Assembly: GCA_947649575.1 (NCBI GenBank)
Contig: CANSRZ010000004.1
Location: 2,107-66,106 of the forward strand
Source of the DNA: an uncultured Clostridia bacterium
Lineage (GTDB): Bacteria > Bacillota > Clostridia > Christensenellales > UBA1242
Reading direction: 5' to 3'
Length of the DNA: 64,000 nt
Below are positions 60,563 to 64,000 of this stretch, piece after piece. The notes beneath the pieces were generated by a model. It saw only the letters and a list, made by a program, of their open reading frames with translations, was not told where the DNA came from and ran no database searches. The translations under genes were made by a program, and so were the position numbers. How positions within the stretch are numbered: the first letter of the stretch is position 1; each line of letters begins with the position of its first letter.

Positions 60563-61759
60563 ATGGAATTATTAGCACCTGCGGGGAATATGGAAAAATT
60601 GAAGACGGCAGTTCATTTTGGAGCGGACGCAGTCTATTTTTCTGGCAAAAGATATGGATTAAGGGCTTTTGCGGGAAACTTTGATGATAATGAGATTGTG
60701 GAAGCAATGGAATATTTGCATGCTCATGGCAAAAAAGGTCATGTTACACTGAATATCGTTGCAAATGATAGCGATTTTAATGGACTTGATGAGTATCTGG
60801 ATTTACTTCAAAAAGCCAAGGTGGACGCGATTATTGTAAGCGATGTTGGGCTTATTAGATATATCCACAGAAACGCACCAAACCTTGCAATTCATGTTTC
60901 AACACAGGCAAATGTCACAAACAGCGAGGCGGTTAAATTTTACGCTGAACTGGGCGCTAAAAGAATTGTTCTTGCGCGTGAAATGAGCCTCTCTCAAATC
61001 AAAAAAATGCATGAAGAGGTTGGCAACCAGATTGAATTAGAGGCGTTTGCTCATGGCGCAATGTGTATTTCTTATTCTGGCAGATGCTTGCTGTCAAACT
61101 ATTTGACGGGCAGAGAAAGCAATCGCGGGGCATGCGTGCAAGCGTGCAGGTGGAAATATTTTATTCGCGAAGAAAGTCGTTCTGACGAATATGAAATGCA
61201 GGAAGACGAACGCGGAACTTATATTATGAACTCAAAAGATATGAACATGATTTCACATCTTAAAGAGTTTGAAGATGCTGGCGTAGTTAGCCTTAAAATT
61301 GAGGGCAGAATGAAATCGGCTTACTATGTTGCAACAGTTGTGAACGCTTATCGACAAGCGCTTGACAGCAAAGATATGAAAGCAAGCGAGATACTGGTGC
61401 GCGAACTTGAAAAAACAAGCCATCGTCAATACACAACTGGCTTTTATCTTGGCGCTAATGATAAAGAATATCTTGAAGACAGCATGCCAGTACAAACGCA
61501 TGAGTTTGTTGCAGTTGTAGTTGATAAAAAAGAGGATGGCGTAATTCTTGAACAGCGCAACCGTTTTGTGAAAGGCGAAACGCTTGAAATTCTCTCTGCC
61601 GATAAAAATCTTTTAAATAAACCTTTTGTCGTTGGCGAAATGACCGACGATAAAAACGAGTCAATCGAAGATGTTAAAGGTGTTCAAGCAAGAGTGTTTG
61701 CTAAAACAGATTTGCCACTTCAAGTTGGCGATATTTTAAGAAGAAAGTGCGAGAAATAG
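60563..61759 (+). CDS. U32 family peptidase-like protein (TrhP-like, tRNA hydroxylation)
   Basis: ELLAPAG, HVSTQAN, HGAMCISYSGRCLLS, NRGACVQACRW, LKIEGRMK. Confidence 0.92.
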   Translation: MELLAPAGNMEKLKTAVHFGADAVYFSGKRYGLRAFAGNFDDNEIVEAMEYLHAHGKKGHVTLNIVANDSDFNGLDEYLDLLQKAKVDAIIVSDVGLIRYIHRNAPNLAIHVSTQANVTNSEAVKFYAELGAKRIVLAREMSLSQIKKMHEEVGNQIELEAFAHGAMCISYSGRCLLSNYLTGRESNRGACVQACRWKYFIREESRSDEYEMQEDERGTYIMNSKDMNMISHLKEFEDAGVVSLKIEGRMKSAYYVATVVNAYRQALDSKDMKASEILVRELEKTSHRQYTTGFYLGANDKEYLEDSMPVQTHEFVAVVVDKKEDGVILEQRNRFVKGETLEILSADKNLLNKPFVVGEMTDDKNESIEDVKGVQARVFAKTDLPLQVGDILRRKCEK

Positions 61760-61788
61760 AGTAAAAATGCTCTATTTTTTGATTTTTC

Positions 61789-61817
61789 TTGCTTATTTTT
61801 GGTTTTTGATATATAAT
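61789..61817 (+). promoter_or_regulatory. sigmaA promoter giving an apparently leaderless rsmE transcript
   Basis: TTGCTT-17 bp-TATAAT, ATG 7 nt downstream, no SD. Confidence 0.65.
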
Positions 61818-61824
61818 CATTTAC

Positions 61825-62529
61825 ATGAGAAGATTTTTTGGAAGAATGGTCGGCGATGAAATAATCGTTGACGGTGAGGAATTTAAACATTTGACGCAGG
61901 TTATCCGCTTGAAAGAGGGGGATAAGTTTATTTGCGTGGTTGGCGATGAGTTTGACTATGTTTGCGAGATTGTCCGCTTAGATAAAAAACAGGCTTTTGC
62001 AAAGGTTATTGAAAAATCTTTAAATAAAAGCAACCCAAAAAAGAAGTTGGTTTTGTTTCAGGCACTTATCAAAAAAGACAACTTTGAACTCGTTTTGCAA
62101 AAGGCTGTTGAACTTGGAATGAGTAAAGTTATTCCATTTGTTAGCGAGCATTGTGTGAATAAGTCGGGTGTGAATTTGGACAGGCTTAATACTCTTATCT
62201 CTTCGGCGTGCAAGCAGTGTGAGCGCTCGCACGTTATGGAGCTTTCTGACGCAATCAAGTTTGACAATATGCTTGCTCAGCTTAAAAATTTTGATGTTGT
62301 TGTTTTTGCAAACGAGATTGACGGCAAGGATTTTGATTTTTCTACATTATCAAAATTTAACAACATTGCTTTTGTTGTTGGCTGTGAGGGTGGCTTTACT
62401 GAAAAAGAAAAGGATGCTATTTTGAAGCATGAAAATGTTAAATCTGTTAATCTAGGCTCACGCATTTTGCGGGCGGAAACGGCTAGCATTGTTTTAATGG
62501 GATTGGGAAGTTTACTTAGTAATAATTAA
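61825..62529 (+). CDS. rsmE: 16S rRNA m3U1498 methyltransferase
   Basis: HLTQVIRL, QKAVELG, ACKQCER, VGCEGGF, LGSRILRAETA. Confidence 0.95.
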   Translation: MRRFFGRMVGDEIIVDGEEFKHLTQVIRLKEGDKFICVVGDEFDYVCEIVRLDKKQAFAKVIEKSLNKSNPKKKLVLFQALIKKDNFELVLQKAVELGMSKVIPFVSEHCVNKSGVNLDRLNTLISSACKQCERSHVMELSDAIKFDNMLAQLKNFDVVVFANEIDGKDFDFSTLSKFNNIAFVVGCEGGFTEKEKDAILKHENVKSVNLGSRILRAETASIVLMGLGSLLSNN

Positions 62530-62540
62530 AGAGAATTGAA

Positions 62541-63785
62541 ATGAAAAAAGTTTGTATAATGACGCTTGGCTGCAAGGTGAACAAGTATGAAAGTGACAGC
62601 CTGGCAAAAATTCTTGAAGATAAAGGCTACACGGCAGTTGATAGTTTGCAATCTGCTGATATTTTTGTTATCAATACTTGCGCAGTTACTGCTGAGGCTG
62701 AAAAGAAATCTCGTCAAATGATTGCGCGCTGTAAAAAATTTAATCCCAATGCAAGAGTTTTGATTTGCGGTTGTGCAAGTCAAAAAAATATCGACCAATT
62801 TAAAGAAAAGGATGTTGAAGTTGTTACAGGCGTTGCAGGAAAAACTAAACTTGTTGAGGTTATTGAAAACGGCAACGTGGATATTAGCGAACTTCCTCTT
62901 GTTTATGAAGACGATATGACTGCTAAACAATCTCGCATTCGTGCTTACATAAAAATTCAGGACGGTTGCAACAACTTTTGCTCATATTGCATAATTCCTT
63001 ATCTGCGTGGAAGAAGTCGTTCAAGAAGCATGACAAGCATTATGGAAGAAGCAAAAGCACTTGGCGACGATATTAAAGAAATTGTGCTGACTGGCATAAA
63101 TGTGACAGATTTTAAGATTGACGGCAAGCCTGGATTACTTAAACTTTTGCAAGAACTTGATAAACTTGGCAAGCGGCTTAGGCTTTCCTCACTTGAAGAA
63201 ACCTTAGTGAGTGAGGAGTTTATCAGCGGGCTTGCAGAGCTTAAAAACTTTTGCCCACATTTTCACTTATCGCTTCAAAGCGGTTGTGATAGCGTTTTAA
63301 AACGCATGAATAGGAAATATACAACAGCTGAATTTTTGGCGTCTGTGGAACTTATCCGCAAATATTTTCCGCTTGCAGGCATAACTACTGATGTTATTGT
63401 AGGATTCCCTGGCGAAAGCGACGAAGAATTTGAACTCACGCGTCAGTTTATTGAAAAAGTCAAATTTGCATCACTGCATATTTTTAAATATTCACACAGG
63501 AGTGGAACAGTAGCGTCAAAACTTCCAGACCTTGACGATAAAATAAAGTCACAACGAAGCGACACCTTGGACTGCCTTAAGGCAGAACTTATGAATGAAT
63601 TTATTCAACTTAATAAAACTGGCAAAGTTTTGATTGAGGAGTTTGACGGTGAGTTTTACACGGGCTATACTGAAAACTACATAAAGTGTTATATAGAAAG
63701 TCAAAAAGACCTTGTAAACCAAATTGTTGAAGTGGATATTGGCGAAAGATTTAAAGATGGGGTCTTGGCGAAAATTGCCCATTGA
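62541..63785 (+). CDS. mtaB: tRNA t6A37 methylthiotransferase
   Basis: TLGCKVNKYES, INTCAVT, KIQDGCNNFCSYC; follows rsmE. Confidence 0.94.
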   Translation: MKKVCIMTLGCKVNKYESDSLAKILEDKGYTAVDSLQSADIFVINTCAVTAEAEKKSRQMIARCKKFNPNARVLICGCASQKNIDQFKEKDVEVVTGVAGKTKLVEVIENGNVDISELPLVYEDDMTAKQSRIRAYIKIQDGCNNFCSYCIIPYLRGRSRSRSMTSIMEEAKALGDDIKEIVLTGINVTDFKIDGKPGLLKLLQELDKLGKRLRLSSLEETLVSEEFISGLAELKNFCPHFHLSLQSGCDSVLKRMNRKYTTAEFLASVELIRKYFPLAGITTDVIVGFPGESDEEFELTRQFIEKVKFASLHIFKYSHRSGTVASKLPDLDDKIKSQRSDTLDCLKAELMNEFIQLNKTGKVLIEEFDGEFYTGYTENYIKCYIESQKDLVNQIVEVDIGERFKDGVLAKIAH

Positions 63786-63810
63786 CAACTTGTTAGGATT
63801 GTGATATATT
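63782..63810 (+). promoter_or_regulatory. sigmaA promoter overlapping the mtaB stop codon
   Basis: TTGACA-17 bp-TATATT with TG extension. Confidence 0.65.
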
Positions 63811-63832
63811 TAGGCTAGATTAAGGGGAAATT

Positions 63833-64000
63833 ATAGAACTAGATGACAAGATTTTTAAAAGCGTTTTTGGAAGAGATTATGACAAAAACGATAGTGAAGA
63901 GGAAGATATGTTTGCAACAATGGCCCTGCACTATTTGTTGAATAGCAAAGGGGTGCCAGAGCGTTCATCAAATTATCACTTTAGGGCTTATAGTAGAGGA
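63833..64000 (+). CDS. 5' part of a hypothetical protein running off the window, possibly with an ATA or ATT start
   Basis: Frame is open from just after TAA 63821 to the window end; AAGGGG SD; IELDDKIFKSVFGRDY...LLNSKGV...YHFRAYSRG. Confidence 0.4.
   Translation, partial: MELDDKIFKSVFGRDYDKNDSEEEDMFATMALHYLLNSKGVPERSSNYHFRAYSRG

Noticed and set aside
307-63788. Numerous short antisense or out-of-frame ORFs in the track
   Set aside because: They are shadows of confidently identified genes or translations of repeats, with no recognisable motifs.

Overview
AT-rich chromosomal window from an endospore-forming Clostridia-class Firmicute, probably an uncultured, genome-reduced lineage (inferred from gene content). 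Most of it is housekeeping and sporulation backbone: pnp; rpoZ-priA-def-fmt-rlmN-rsgA-rpe; veg; sipL-like, spoIIR, sleB-ypeB, spoVG; a dcw cluster ending in ftsA-ftsZ; spoIIGA-sigE/sigG-ylmC; nrdR; feoAB; der-plsY-spoIVA; an uncalled spoVM; rpmB; asp23-fakA; a frameshifted prfB; tsaD; a U32 protein; rsmE-mtaB. The main accessory signal is four large paralogous GLUG-type surface-protein genes (2777, 36552, 47603, 54311) sitting at synteny breakpoints, one of them between sigE and sigG. Each is preceded by the same ~90-bp promoter cassette: a 12-bp inverted repeat whose right arm contains the -35 TTGACA, a G9 tract in the spacer, and an extended -10. The four proteins share an N-terminal leader and a C-terminal tail but have shuffled internal modules. 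Together this suggests a dispersed, phase-variable antigenic-variation system (inference). Two families of structured intergenic repeats also occur: ~62-bp units whose short stems covary, and a conserved palindromic head followed by a hairpin that differs in every copy. All product calls rest on recalled motifs and gene context; no database searches were run.
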